A DNA stretch of 63,703 nt, counting the filler, from Reclinomonas americana ATCC 50394 (taxonomy: Eukaryota): assembly GCA_048213135.1 (NCBI GenBank). It is 19 parts of 19 records of this genome, joined end to end, with 100 filler letters (N's around TTAATTAATTAA, not from the genome) between each part and the next. Parts side by side here need not be neighbours in the genome. Positions count along the whole stretch, not along the records: positions 1 to 7,859 come from AFZH01019964.1; positions 7,960 to 11,907 come from AFZH01019967.1; 17 more parts are not named here. One strand, given 5' to 3'. Below, piece by piece: positions 1 to 10,067 of the stretch (position 1 is the stretch's first letter; each line of letters begins with the position of its first letter). Below the pieces are notes generated by a model. That model was not told the DNA's origin. It saw only the letters and a list, made by a program, of their open reading frames with translations, and made no database searches. The translations under genes were made by a program, and so were the position numbers.

Positions 1-16
1 CGCAGCAGGGCTGGCG

Positions 17-967
17 ATGCCTGCCGTGCTGACCCTGCCGCGCGGCGCGCAGGCGCAGGTCACCATGACGCTCGGCCACAACGCCGCCGCCGGCAATCCC
101 CGCTGGATCGCGGCCGACAAATTCGGCGAGCTGCTCAAGGAACGCACCAATGGCCGCCTGGCAGTCCGCGTCGCTGGCGCCGAGCAGCTCGGCAACGAGC
201 AATCGCTCCTGACCAGCCTGCGCACCGGCGCGGTCGACATGACCGTCAACAGCCAGGGCTCGACCTCGGCCCTGCTGCCGGAGCTGGCGGCGCTCGGCCT
301 GCCGTTCCTGTTCCCGAATTCCGCTGCGGCCTTCAAGGTGCTCGAAGGCCCGATCGGCGCCGAGTTCGACCAGCGCTTCGCCAAGATCGGCATGGTGCCG
401 CTCGGCTGGTGGGACAATGGCATCCGCCACATCACCAACAGCAAGCGCCCGGTCGTGAAGCCGGCCGACCTGAAGGGCCTCAAGATTCGCACGCCGCCCG
501 ATCCGATGACGATCGACATCTTCCAGGCGCTCGGCGCCGGCACCGAGCAGATCTCCTTCGGCGAGCTCTACGTCGCGCTCCAGCAGGGCGTCGTCGACGG
601 CCAGGAGAACCCGCTCGTCAACATCGCCTCGTCCAAGCTCTTCGAGGTCAACCGCTTCATCTCGCTCTCGGCGCATAAATGGGAGTGCTCGCCTTTCCTG
701 ATGTCGCAGATCACCTGGATGCGCCTGTCGCCGGCCGATCGCGAGGTGGTCAAGGCGACGGCTAAGGATGCAGGCGAGTTGCAGCGCAAGCTCTTCCTCG
801 ACGCCGAGACCAAGTTTGCCGCCGAATTCAAGGCGAACCCGAAGCTGCAGGTCAACGAGGCCGACATGGCTGCTTTCCGCGACGCTTCCGCCAAGGTCTA
901 CGACGCCTGGAAGAGCAAGCCGTTCGGCGATTTCGTCGACCGACTGGCCAAGGCGGCCCGAGGCTGA
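17..967 (+). CDS. dctP: TRAP transporter substrate-binding protein (DctP family); 5' end probably truncated at window start
   Basis: Motifs DLKGLKIR, ELYVALQQGVVDGQENP; first gene of a P-Q-M operon. Confidence 0.93.
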   Translation: MPAVLTLPRGAQAQVTMTLGHNAAAGNPRWIAADKFGELLKERTNGRLAVRVAGAEQLGNEQSLLTSLRTGAVDMTVNSQGSTSALLPELAALGLPFLFPNSAAAFKVLEGPIGAEFDQRFAKIGMVPLGWWDNGIRHITNSKRPVVKPADLKGLKIRTPPDPMTIDIFQALGAGTEQISFGELYVALQQGVVDGQENPLVNIASSKLFEVNRFISLSAHKWECSPFLMSQITWMRLSPADREVVKATAKDAGELQRKLFLDAETKFAAEFKANPKLQVNEADMAAFRDASAKVYDAWKSKPFGDFVDRLAKAARG

Positions 968-971
968 CGTC

Positions 972-1529
972 ATGGACAGGCAGCCCGAGACGGGGTGGCG
1001 CGCCAGCGCCATCGCCCTGGCCGATGGCGTCGACCGCCTCGTTGCCAGGTTCTGCGAGATCGTCGTCATCGCGGTCGGCTCGGCGCTGCTCGCCATGCTC
1101 GCCGCCAATGTCGGCGCCCGCTATGCGCTCGATTCCGGCGGCTTTCGCTTCGCGCAGGAGCTGCCGGAGCGGCTGTTCCCGGTCTTCATCATGGCGGGCG
1201 TCGTGCTCGGCGTGCAGAAGGGCGGGCACATGGCGGTTGAGACCGTCCTCGCCATGCTCGGCCGGCAGGGCGCGCGGATCATGCTGTTGGTCGGGCATGC
1301 CATCGTGATCGGCAGCTATATCCTGCTCAGCAAGGACATCCTGCTGCTCGCCGAGATGCTCTGGATCGACCGCTCCCCGGTGATGGGGATCCCGGCGAGC
1401 TACGGCTACTACACCCTCGCGATCGGACTGGCGCTCATCATCGTCGTCACCACGACGCAGGCGGTGCGCGTCGCCCTGCTGGGGCCGGAAGCGATGCCTG
1501 TCCCGGCGCCTGAGGAGCAGGTCGCATGA
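972..1529 (+). CDS. dctQ: TRAP transporter small permease (DctQ family)
   Basis: ATG at 972 just after the dctP stop; 4 hydrophobic segments; AQELPERL and GHMAVE motifs; ATGA overlap with dctM. Confidence 0.88.
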   Translation: MDRQPETGWRASAIALADGVDRLVARFCEIVVIAVGSALLAMLAANVGARYALDSGGFRFAQELPERLFPVFIMAGVVLGVQKGGHMAVETVLAMLGRQGARIMLLVGHAIVIGSYILLSKDILLLAEMLWIDRSPVMGIPASYGYYTLAIGLALIIVVTTTQAVRVALLGPEAMPVPAPEEQVA

Positions 1530-2785
1530 GCCTCACCCTCATCGTCTCCTTCACCATCCTGATGCTGCTCGCCATCCCGGTCGGCCATGCGCTGATCGTC
1601 GCGGCGGGCACGGCCCTGCTGGTGCAGGGCCAGATCCCGCTGACGATCATCGCCCAGCAGATGTACCAGCAGACCCAGTCCTTCCCGATGCTGGCGCTGC
1701 CCTTCTTCATGCTGGCGGGCTCGCTCATGCTCGGCGGGGCGTTGGGCAACGAGTTGCTCGCCTTCGCCTCCAAGGCGATGCAGCGCTGGCGCGGCGGGCC
1801 GCTCTCGACCACGGTGGTCGCCTCGGTGGTGTTCGGCGGCGTATCCGGCAGCGCGGTCGCCAATGCCAGCGCGCTCGGGTCGGTGCTGATCCCCTGGCAG
1901 AAGCGGCAGGGCTATCCGGCCCCGCTCTGCGCCGCCAACAATGCGACCTCGGCGATCATCGACATTCTGATCCCGCCCTCGATCCCGCTGATCCTCTATT
2001 CGCTGGTCTCGAACGTCTCGATCGCCGACCTCTTCACCGCCGGCATCCTGCCCGGCCTGCTGATGGCCGGCGGCTTCATCGTTTTGTGCAGCTGGATCGC
2101 GCGGCGCCGCGGCTATGTCTCGCCGGAAGCTCCAGTCTCCAAGGCGGAGCTCGCCCGGCTGGCCTGGCGCAGCATGCCGGCGCTGCTGATGCCGGTCTTC
2201 ATCCTGCTCGGCCTGCGCTTCGGCATCGCGACGCCGACCGAGATCGCCGTCCTCGCCGTGCTCTATGCGCTGGTGCTGAGCGTCGTGCTCTATCGCGACA
2301 TGAGCTGGCGCCGGTTCCGGGTCAGCATGGTCGAGGCCGGCGTCGCGACCGGCGTGGTGATGCTGGTCATCATGGGCAGCGCCATCGTCGGCTGGATCCT
2401 GACCTTCGACCAGGTGCCGCAGCGCTTTGCTGAATGGGTCTCGGCGACGACCTCGAACCCCTATTTCGTCATCCTGGCTATGAACATCCTGCTGCTGCTC
2501 GTCGGCATGCCGATCGACCTGCCGCCGGCGATCCTGCTGCTCGGACCGATCTTCGTACCGCTGGCCGCATCGATCGGACTCGATCCCGTCCAGCTCGGCA
2601 TCATCATGGTGCTCAATCTCGGCATCGGCCTCTACACGCCGCCGATCGGCACGACCTTGTTCATCTCGACCTCGATCGCCCGGACCTCGCTCGGCGAGAC
2701 GACACGCGAGCTCTGGCCCTTCTTCGGGGTGGCGATGATCGTGCTGCTGCTGGTGAGCTATGTGCCGGCGCTGACGATCTACTGA
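1526..2785 (+). CDS. dctM: TRAP transporter large permease (DctM family)
   Basis: Motifs SFPMLALPFF, GGVSGSAVA, LIPPSIPLI, ATPTE, GLYTPPIG. Confidence 0.94.
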   Translation: MSLTLIVSFTILMLLAIPVGHALIVAAGTALLVQGQIPLTIIAQQMYQQTQSFPMLALPFFMLAGSLMLGGALGNELLAFASKAMQRWRGGPLSTTVVASVVFGGVSGSAVANASALGSVLIPWQKRQGYPAPLCAANNATSAIIDILIPPSIPLILYSLVSNVSIADLFTAGILPGLLMAGGFIVLCSWIARRRGYVSPEAPVSKAELARLAWRSMPALLMPVFILLGLRFGIATPTEIAVLAVLYALVLSVVLYRDMSWRRFRVSMVEAGVATGVVMLVIMGSAIVGWILTFDQVPQRFAEWVSATTSNPYFVILAMNILLLLVGMPIDLPPAILLLGPIFVPLAASIGLDPVQLGIIMVLNLGIGLYTPPIGTTLFISTSIARTSLGETTRELWPFFGVAMIVLLLVSYVPALTIY

Positions 2786-2926
2786 GCGGGTTGCGAAACT
2801 CTTTGCGCGGGCGCCTGACGGCCGGCACCCGTCCGCATCCTGACTCTTGCGGGCTCTCCGTCATGGCATGGCCATGGCGGCGATCCCATATCCGCTGGGT
2901 CGACCGTAGAGATCGGGGCCCATCCC

Positions 2927-3523
2927 ATGGCGACCATTGCCGTCCGTTCCGCCTCCCGCAATGAGGAGAGCGCCGTCTCCGCCCTCATCACGCTCGCGTT
3001 CGCGACCGATCCGATGGCGCGCTGGTCCCTGAGAGACCCGAAAGCCTATCTCGCCGTGATGCCCGAGCTGATCCGCGCCTTCGGCGCCGCCGCCTATGAG
3101 AGCGACAGCGCCTATGTGAGCGAGGATGGCGGTGGCGCGGCGATGTGGCTGCCGCCCGGCGTGGAGCCCGACATCGAGACGCTCGATCGCCTCATCCAGG
3201 AGAACGCCGATCCGGCGATCCTGCCCGATGTCGGCGCCATGTTCGATGCGATGGCGCGCTATCATCCGGAGGTCCCGCACTGGTATCTGCCGTTGATCGG
3301 CACCGATCCAGCGCGTCAGGGCCGGGGAATCGGCAGCGCGCTCATGCGTCACGCTCTCGCGCGCTGCGACCGCGACGGCGTCGCAGCCTATCTGGAATCG
3401 TCGAATCCGCGGAACATCCCGCTCTATCAGCGGCATGGCTTCGACATTCTCGGAACCATCCAGATCGGATCGTCGCCGGTCCTGACCCCGATGCTCCGTC
3501 CGCCGCGGCCTGCCGCTGTCTGA
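2927..3523 (+). CDS. GNAT family N-acetyltransferase
   Basis: HWYLPLIGTDPARQGRGIGSALM acetyl-CoA motif; YLESSNPRNIPLYQRHGF. Confidence 0.9.
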   Translation: MATIAVRSASRNEESAVSALITLAFATDPMARWSLRDPKAYLAVMPELIRAFGAAAYESDSAYVSEDGGGAAMWLPPGVEPDIETLDRLIQENADPAILPDVGAMFDAMARYHPEVPHWYLPLIGTDPARQGRGIGSALMRHALARCDRDGVAAYLESSNPRNIPLYQRHGFDILGTIQIGSSPVLTPMLRPPRPAAV

Positions 3524-3544
3524 TCGGAGCAACGCGCCCTTTCG

Positions 3545-5563
3545 TCAGGCTCGCAGGCGCAAGCGAGCTTCTTCAGCGACCGCCTCGGCGGTAATGCCGA
3601 AATGCCTGTAGAGCTCCTCGGCCGGCCCGGACGCACCGAAGCCACTCATGCCGACGAAGCCGCCATCTTCGCCGATCCAGCGCTCCCAGCCGAATTTCAC
3701 GGCGGCCTCGACCGCGACGCGCACGCAAGCCTCGCCCAGAATCTCCCGCCGATAGGCGCGGTCCTGCGCCTCGAACAGGCTCCAGCACGGCATCGAGACG
3801 ACGGCGGTGGGAATGCCGTCGCGCTGCAGCAGTTCGCGGGCGGCAAGCGCGATCTGCACCTCCGAGCCGGTCGAGAGCAGCGTCACCTTGCGCTCGCCGC
3901 CTTCGGCTTCGGCCAGCACATAGGCCCCGCGTGCCGAGCGATTCTCGGGACCGCCGTCGCGCCGCAGCTGCGGCAGGCTCTGGCGCGCGAAGACAAGCGA
4001 GGCGGGTCCAGTGCGATGCTCGAGCGCGATCTCCCAGGCTTCGGCCGCCTCGACGGCGTCGCAGGGGCGCAGCACCAGCATGTTCGGCATCGCCCGCAGC
4101 GAGGCGATGATCTCGACGGGCTGGTGCGTCGGCCCGTTCTTGCCGATGCCGATCGAGTCGTGGCTGAAGACGAACAGCGTCGGCAGGCCCATGAGCGCCG
4201 CCATGCGCATCGCCGGCCGCTCATAATCCGAGAACGGCAGATAGGTCACGGCGAGCGGCATCACGCCGCCATGCGCGGCCATGCCGTTGGCGAGCGCGCC
4301 CATCGCATGCTCACGCACGCCGCAATGGAGATAGCGGCCGGCCCGATCTCTGGCGTCGAAGGCGGCAAGCTGGCGCTTGTGGTTGGTCGGCGCCTCCAGA
4401 TCGGCGCAGGCCGTCATCATTTCGGGCAGCACGTCGTAGAGCGCAGCTGCGATCTCGCCCGAGGCCGTGATCGAGAATTCGGCTTTGCCGCCCTGCGCGG
4501 CGCACGCCTTGAAGGCGTGGATGGCCTCGCGCCAGCCGGCTTGCAGTGTGCGCTCATGCACGCGCTCGAATTCGTCGCGCACGACGTTGCTCGCCCCAGC
4601 GAGCCGCTCGGTCCAGGCGACGCGTTCCTGCGCCCCGCGCTCTGCGGTTGATCGCCAGGCCGTCGCTACCGGCTCGGTGATCTCGAACGATCCGCCCGTC
4701 CAGCCCAAGCGCTCGGCCATGCCGGCGCGATCCTCCGGGAAGAGCTTGCCGGAATGACCGCCGCGTTGCCCCTCGAGGCGCGGAATGCCGCGCGCGATCA
4801 CCGTCTTGCAGGCGATCAGCGACGGGCGCGGATCGATCTTGGCGGCGTCAATCGCCGCATCGATCGCAGCGATGTCGTGGCCGTCGATCTCCTGGACATG
4901 CCAGTCGGCGACGCGAAAGCGTTCGGCAACATCCTCGGAAATCGAGAGCTCGGTCCCACCGTCATCGGTGATGGCGTTGTCGTCCCAGAAGAACGTGAGC
5001 TTGCCCAGCCGCAAATGGCCGGCGAGTTGGATGACCTCCTGCCCGAGGCCCTCCTGCAGGCAGCCATCGCCGACGAAGGCCCAGGTCCGGTGGTCAATGA
5101 GTTCATTGCCGAACCGAGCATTCAGCGAAGCCTCCGCGATCGCCATACCCAGCGCATTGGCGATACCTTGGCCGAGCGGGCCTGTGGTGGTCTCGATGCC
5201 GGCCGCCGGCTCGTACTCGGGATGCCCGGCGCAAGGTGAGCCGAGTTCACGAAAGCTCTTCACCGCGTCCAGCGGAAAATGGGGGTAGCCGGTCAAGAGG
5301 AGCAGGGAATAGAGCAGCATCGAGCCGTGGCCGTTCGACAGCACGACACGGTCGCGGTCGGGCCAGGTCGGGGCTGCCGGGTCGAATCTCAGATGCCTGG
5401 CGTAGAGGGCGGTGGCGATCTCGGCCATGCCGAGCGGCACGCCTTGATGGCCTTCGCCGGCAGCGAGAATGGCGTCGACCGAGAGGAACCGGATGGCGTG
5501 GGCCATCTCGGCGAGAGCAACCGGGTGCGATCCGGAAGACGCGACCCATCGTGGAATGTTCAA
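3545..5563 (-). CDS. tkt: Transketolase
   Basis: DRDRVVLSNGHGS, GIETTTGPLGQG, GDGCLQEG TPP motif, GPTHQPVE; probable TTG start at 5563 after a GAGAGG RBS. Confidence 0.93.
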   Translation of the reverse strand: MNIPRWVASSGSHPVALAEMAHAIRFLSVDAILAAGEGHQGVPLGMAEIATALYARHLRFDPAAPTWPDRDRVVLSNGHGSMLLYSLLLLTGYPHFPLDAVKSFRELGSPCAGHPEYEPAAGIETTTGPLGQGIANALGMAIAEASLNARFGNELIDHRTWAFVGDGCLQEGLGQEVIQLAGHLRLGKLTFFWDDNAITDDGGTELSISEDVAERFRVADWHVQEIDGHDIAAIDAAIDAAKIDPRPSLIACKTVIARGIPRLEGQRGGHSGKLFPEDRAGMAERLGWTGGSFEITEPVATAWRSTAERGAQERVAWTERLAGASNVVRDEFERVHERTLQAGWREAIHAFKACAAQGGKAEFSITASGEIAAALYDVLPEMMTACADLEAPTNHKRQLAAFDARDRAGRYLHCGVREHAMGALANGMAAHGGVMPLAVTYLPFSDYERPAMRMAALMGLPTLFVFSHDSIGIGKNGPTHQPVEIIASLRAMPNMLVLRPCDAVEAAEAWEIALEHRTGPASLVFARQSLPQLRRDGGPENRSARGAYVLAEAEGGERKVTLLSTGSEVQIALAARELLQRDGIPTAVVSMPCWSLFEAQDRAYRREILGEACVRVAVEAAVKFGWERWIGEDGGFVGMSGFGASGPAEELYRHFGITAEAVAEEARLRLRA

Positions 5564-5814
5564 GCTCTGCCTCTCGCGATCCAGTTTCCGGAGCGCAGAG
5601 TGTGCCCAAGTTCCGGTGCCGGCTAAAACGCGAAATTTAGAGCGACACATGAACCTGATTCAGTTTTCGGCCTGGGTAGGACGCGATCCGAAATGCTTGG
5701 CCTTCGCTCTCCTTGCATCGCGCATCCATCTTGATTTGCGCGAATGCAGCGCGCTCCTCGGCCATCCGCGACGGAGAGCAAAGCTCTACTGCTGGCTGCG
5801 AATGTCCCCTTCCA

Positions 5815-6006
5815 GGCGACCTGGCGCGAACCCTCGACATGCCGATGGACCTGGTCGGTGCAGCCGACGCCATCACCCGCGGCCAGATGCGGCAGGTCGA
5901 TGTCGGTAAGGTCAACGGCTACGGCTTCTTCAATGTCGCGAGTATCGGGTTGAGCAGCGGGCTGGCGCAAAGCCTCGACACGCTGCTGAAGAAGCGGTTC
6001 GGAAGA
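5815..6006 (+). pseudogene. Internal fragment of a YegS/BmrU-type (DAG kinase family) lipid kinase
   Basis: DLARTLDMPMDL...VDVGKVNGYGFFNVASIGLS...KKRFGR, with no matching N- or C-terminal part. Confidence 0.75.
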
Positions 6007-6040
6007 TCTGGCTGCGTTCTGGCCCATTGTTCGAGACCCC

Positions 6041-6225
6041 TCTCACAGCATCGAGTTCAAGCGCCAGATGGCGCAGGGTTACTTGGGGGGAGACGCTTCA
6101 CACCCTTGCTCGATGACACGATCTGTCGCGCAACTGGATCCAGAAGTTCGAGGCCGGCGCCTTCGACGACGAGGCCGCCCCCGATAGCGGCTGCTCGGCA
6201 GGTAGGCCTTGGAAATTGCGTTCCC
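6041..6225 (+). mobile_element. Degenerate IS3-family transposase OrfA relic
   Basis: Hand translation SHSIEFKRQMAQGYLG / GETLHTLAR*HDLSRNWIQKFEAGAFDDEA, with a frameshift, a stop and deletions. Confidence 0.72.
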
Positions 6226-6389
6226 GACGAGTGAGGAGAGCCGTACCGGCCCATCATCGAACCTTGTCTCGGCCGATCTTGTCCCGTCGGGTCGTGCCGG
6301 CGGTGCACTTTTTTGTCTGAGGAGGAACCAGGCGCATCGCGAGGCGTTCCCAGCCGGTGATTGACCAGCCTGAGAGACAAGCCTTGCCC

Positions 6390-6659
6390 GTGGATGACTG
6401 CGTTTCTTGCGACCCCGATCCATTCGCGGTGCTGATCGACCCGGTGGACATCGCACGTGTCCATGCTGCAGTCGACGGCGCCTGGACGGCACTTCAATCG
6501 CGGTGCCGCGTCACCGCTGACCCCGAACTTGCAAGAGCGAGCCTCTATGGGATCGTGGCGAGCAACATCCATTTCGCCGCTGACGATCACGATCTCGTTC
6601 GTCGCTCGATCGATCGCTTTCTCGTCGGCCGCCGTCGCGAGCGCACAAGCAGCAACTGA
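6390..6659 (+). CDS. Small hypothetical protein
   Basis: Plausible GTG start; protein-like helical sequence; no recognised family. Confidence 0.5.
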   Translation: MDDCVSCDPDPFAVLIDPVDIARVHAAVDGAWTALQSRCRVTADPELARASLYGIVASNIHFAADDHDLVRRSIDRFLVGRRRERTSSN

Positions 6660-6858
6660 GCCGGGAGGACCGCCGATACTGCCTGGGAAGTCCGCTTGGC
6701 TCTTTCCCAGGCACCATATCGACACTCCCGGAGCAACCGCCAAAAGAGAATGAGCTGGCGAAAGCCTGCGCCCGACCGAGCGTCGCGGGCGCTGGCCGCA
6801 AGCCCTGCCTGCCAACGGCGAGCGAGTGGATGACATCCTCGAAACCTGGATTACGGCA

Positions 6859-7602
6859 TCAACCGATGCCTATCACCCAGTCGAAGTCGGCGCGGCGCGG
6901 TTCCGTTTGCAAACGCAAGCGAAACGCCGCCGCGAATCCCGGCTCGTCGACCATGGCTGCCGGCGTCTTGTCGGCAGCGACTTTGCCATGGTCGAGCAGA
7001 ACAAGGCGATCGCAGAAGCGCAGCGCAAGGTCGAGATCGTGCATCACGAGGATCACCAGGGCGCTTCCCGAATAGATCTTCAGTCGCTGAAGGAGCGCGA
7101 GCCGATGATGCATGTCGAGGGCGGCGCCAGGTTCGTCAGCAAGCACGAGCGGCGGCTTGGTCGCCAGGGTCGCCGCCAGCATCGTGCGGGCCCGTTCTCC
7201 CCCCGAGAGCTGGCTCCAACGCCGTTTGGAGAGCGCTTCGACACCGTATTCCTGCAGCGTCCGGTCGACAATGGGCGTGCCGGCCGGACTGCGGTCGTGG
7301 CCGAGTGCGACGATCTCGGCCACCGAGTAGTCCCAGGCGGGCTCGAACTGCTGCGGGCAGTAACCGCAGGCCGCGCCCCGTTCCGCCGCGGTCCAGGACG
7401 AAAGGGGTCGACCGGCCCAACGCACCTCGCCGCGATCTGGGCGCCGATAACCGGCGAGGCAACGCAGCAGCGTCGACTTGCCCGCACCGTTCGGCCCGAG
7501 AATGCCGATGAGAGCAGGCGCCTCGAAGACCAGGCTGACATCGTCGAGCAATATGGCTCCGCCTGCCCGCGCGCCGAGGTCGCGACATTCGATCCGCGTC
7601 AT
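6859..7602 (-). CDS. Iron-siderophore/cobalamin ABC transporter ATP-binding protein
   Basis: GPNGAGKST Walker A, LSGGE signature, LADEP, MHDLDLA; ATG at 7602 overlaps the permease stop. Confidence 0.92.
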   Translation of the reverse strand: MTRIECRDLGARAGGAILLDDVSLVFEAPALIGILGPNGAGKSTLLRCLAGYRRPDRGEVRWAGRPLSSWTAAERGAACGYCPQQFEPAWDYSVAEIVALGHDRSPAGTPIVDRTLQEYGVEALSKRRWSQLSGGERARTMLAATLATKPPLVLADEPGAALDMHHRLALLQRLKIYSGSALVILVMHDLDLALRFCDRLVLLDHGKVAADKTPAAMVDEPGFAAAFRLRLQTEPRRADFDWVIGIG

Positions 7603-7859
7603 GTCTTCAGCCTCCTCGCCAGGAGCAGGAGGAAAAACGGGCCGCCGATGAGGGCCGTTACCAGTCCGAGCGGAATTTCCGCGGGCGGCAGCACGGCACG
7701 CGCGATCCCGTCGCAGACGGCGACCAGCGCCGCTCCGATGAGAGCGCTGGACGGCATCAGCGCGCGGTGTCGGGGCCCGATCCACCAGCGCGCGAGATGC
7801 GGCGCGATCAGGCCGACGAAGGCGACGAGGCCGCCGAACGCCACCGCCGCCGCGACGAT
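7599..7859 (-). CDS. FecCD/BtuC-type ABC permease, C-terminal part (contig edge)
   Basis: GLVAFVGLIAPHLAR, EIPLGLVTALIGGPFF. Confidence 0.92.
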   Translation of the reverse strand: MVAAAVAFGGLVAFVGLIAPHLARWWIGPRHRALMPSSALIGAALVAVCDGIARAVLPPAEIPLGLVTALIGGPFFLLLLARRLKT

Positions 7860-7959
7860 NNNNNNNNNNNNNNNNNNNNNNNNNNNNNNNNNNNNNNNNN
7901 NNNTTAATTAATTAANNNNNNNNNNNNNNNNNNNNNNNNNNNNNNNNNNNNNNNNNNNN
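7860..7959. other. Artificial contig linker (N run, TTAATTAATTAA, N run; 100 bp); 18 in the window
   Basis: The same linker with six-frame stops recurs at about 11908, 16021, 18259, 20622, 22458, 24530, 28485, 29851, 31767, 33735, 34846, 37208, 38827, 40640, 50659, 58804 and 62498. Confidence 0.98.
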
Positions 7960-9035
7960 GCTCCCTTGAACACGCTGGCGCGGGGCGGCGCGACGCCGGC
8001 CGTGACGAGCTTGGCCTGGACCTCGCGGCTCGTCGCCCATTGCGCGAACAGCCAGGCGGCCTGCTGCTTGCGGGAATTGGCCGAGATGGTGATGCCCCAG
8101 CCGATGGCGACCGGCTTGGAGATGCCGCTCTCCTTGCCGGGCGGCAGCACCTTGATGCCGAGATCCTCCGCCCGGCCCGGGAACTTCATGATGTTGGCGA
8201 ATTCGTTGCTCGCCTCATGCGTCATCGCGGCCTTGCCCTGGCCGATGAGCTGCGTGACCTGCGTGAAGGTGTGGTTCAGCGCGCCGGGCGGCGCGTAGTC
8301 GCGCATCAGGGTCGCGTATATCTCGAGGCCCTTGACGGAATTCGGCTGCGACAGGCCGGGCTTGCCGTCCGGCGTCGCGAAGGAGCCGCCCGCATTGAAG
8401 ATGAAGCCCGCCATCGCATAGGGCGTCACGCTCCGGATGCCGCGCCCCGTCCAGGGCGTGATGCTGGCATCGCAAGCCTTGATCGCGGCCGCCGCCGGAA
8501 CGATGTCCTCCAGGGCTTTCGGCTCGGCGATCTTGCACTTCTCGAAGACGTCCTTGCGCCAATAGAAGAGCGGACCTTCCTGATTGATCGGGACGGCCAC
8601 GACCTTGTCGCCGAAGGTCGAGGCAGTCCGGATCGAGGCGCCGAAATCCTCATAGTCGTAGTCGGGCGCGGTCTTGGCCTTGTCCTTCATCATCGCGGCG
8701 AGATCGGCGTACCAGCCTGCCCGGTTGAAGATCGCGCCCTCGCGGCTCGTCAGGGTCATGAAGACGTCGACGTCGGGCGACTTGCCCTGCATCAGCGTCG
8801 TCAGGCGCGCGCGGTACTGCTCCTCGTTGAAGATCTCGATGCGCGCCTCGATCCCGGTCTTGGCCTGGAAGTCCTTCACCATCTCGCGCATGGCCTGCGA
8901 CCAGGGATGGTTGTTGAACATCAGGTTGATGGTCTGGCCGGATTGGGACTTCCAGTCGAAGCCTTGTGCCGCCGCAGGTGCCGTCGCGAGAGCCGTGGCG
9001 ACGAACGCGCCGCCGATGAAGCCGAGCTTCCTCAT
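7960..9035 (-). CDS. Sugar ABC transporter substrate-binding protein (3' truncated)
   Basis: Signal peptide MRKLGFIGGAFVATALATAPAAAQ; LFYWRKDVF, GKAAM, AAWLFAQW motifs. Confidence 0.88.
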
Positions 9036-9122
9036 GCGTCTTCTCCCCTTCAACTAGCCCCGTTTTTCGAGGCGGTTTCGATATCGTCTCGACGCTCCCT
9101 GCCCGAGGGCGTCGCAATTTCG

Positions 9123-9836
9123 TCAGGAGGCGACGTACCCCCCATCGACCGGGATGGTGACCCCGTTGATGAGCTTGGCGGCCGGCGAAGCCAGGAACAC
9201 GGCCGTGCCGGCCAGCTCCTCCGGCGCCGACCAGCGCTTCGTCGGCAGGCGCAGCATCAGCTTGGCATTGAACTCGGGATCTTCCTGTCCCGGCCGGCTG
9301 ATCTCGGTCTTGATCCAGCCCGGCGCGATGGCGTTCACCCGGATGCGATCCTCCGCATAGGCGACCGCCAGCGATTTCGTCAGGCCGACGATGCCGGTCT
9401 TCGCCGAGGCGTAGGCAGGAATGTAGGGCGCCCCGAAATAGGAGAACATCGAGGCGATGTTGATGAGGCAGCCTTCGCTCGCCTTGAGGTGCGGGCGGAA
9501 GGCTTCGGCGAGGCGCATATTGCCGACGAGGTGGATGTCGACGATGTCGGCGAAGACCTCGGGCTTGAACTCCTCGTGCCGGATCAGCCGGCCGGCGCAA
9601 TGGATCAGGACATCAAGCCGGTCGATCCTCTTCGCCAGCGCCAGGACAGCCTCGCTGTCGCGAACATCGAGCTGATGGAAGTCGAAGCCCTCATCCTTCG
9701 CCGGCGGCTTGACGTCCGTGAGGATGACGGTGGCGCCGCCCGCCTTGAAGGCATGGGCGAACGCCATGCCGATCCCGCCGGTGCCGCCGCTGATGAGGAC
9801 GTGCCGGCCGGCGACCGAGAAGTCGGGAGCGCTCAT
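9123..9836 (-). CDS. Short-chain dehydrogenase/reductase (SDR)
   Basis: GGTGGIG, YASAK catalytic motif, RVNAIAPGWIKT, PVDGG; ATG at 9836. Confidence 0.93.
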   Translation of the reverse strand: MSAPDFSVAGRHVLISGGTGGIGMAFAHAFKAGGATVILTDVKPPAKDEGFDFHQLDVRDSEAVLALAKRIDRLDVLIHCAGRLIRHEEFKPEVFADIVDIHLVGNMRLAEAFRPHLKASEGCLINIASMFSYFGAPYIPAYASAKTGIVGLTKSLAVAYAEDRIRVNAIAPGWIKTEISRPGQEDPEFNAKLMLRLPTKRWSAPEELAGTAVFLASPAAKLINGVTIPVDGGYVAS

Positions 9837-9983
9837 CGCCGGTCCTCGCGTGGACAGGCCGCCGCCGCGGCGACGATGTGGACGAATTGCCTCGTCATCA
9901 GCTCCTCCCTGCGGCACGCCGCGTGGCTGCCGATTTTCGTTATTGAACTCATGAAGGCATGTATTGTTGTTTTCCGCAAGCGC

Positions 9984-10001
9984 ATATTCGATTTCGCGTA
10001 T
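9984..10001. promoter_or_regulatory. Possible DeoR/GlpR-type operator in the divergent promoter region
   Basis: Imperfect palindrome ATATTCGATTTCGCGTAT between the SDR operon and the regulator; loosely resembles GlpR half-sites. Confidence 0.25.
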
Positions 10002-10067
10002 CGGGGCTTGCGCGACGCCTTGAGTGTCGCTGCTATGTGCCCCGCGGCAGGAGAATCGTGACGAACC

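Noticed and set aside
7860..7959. Recurrent TTAATTAATTAA palindrome
   Set aside because: Always embedded in N runs with six-frame stops: an assembly linker.
8040..10061. 673-aa + strand ORF and other long antisense ORFs (3602-4651, 14293-15924, 6826-7911)
   Set aside because: Shadow ORFs of real opposite-strand genes in GC-rich DNA.
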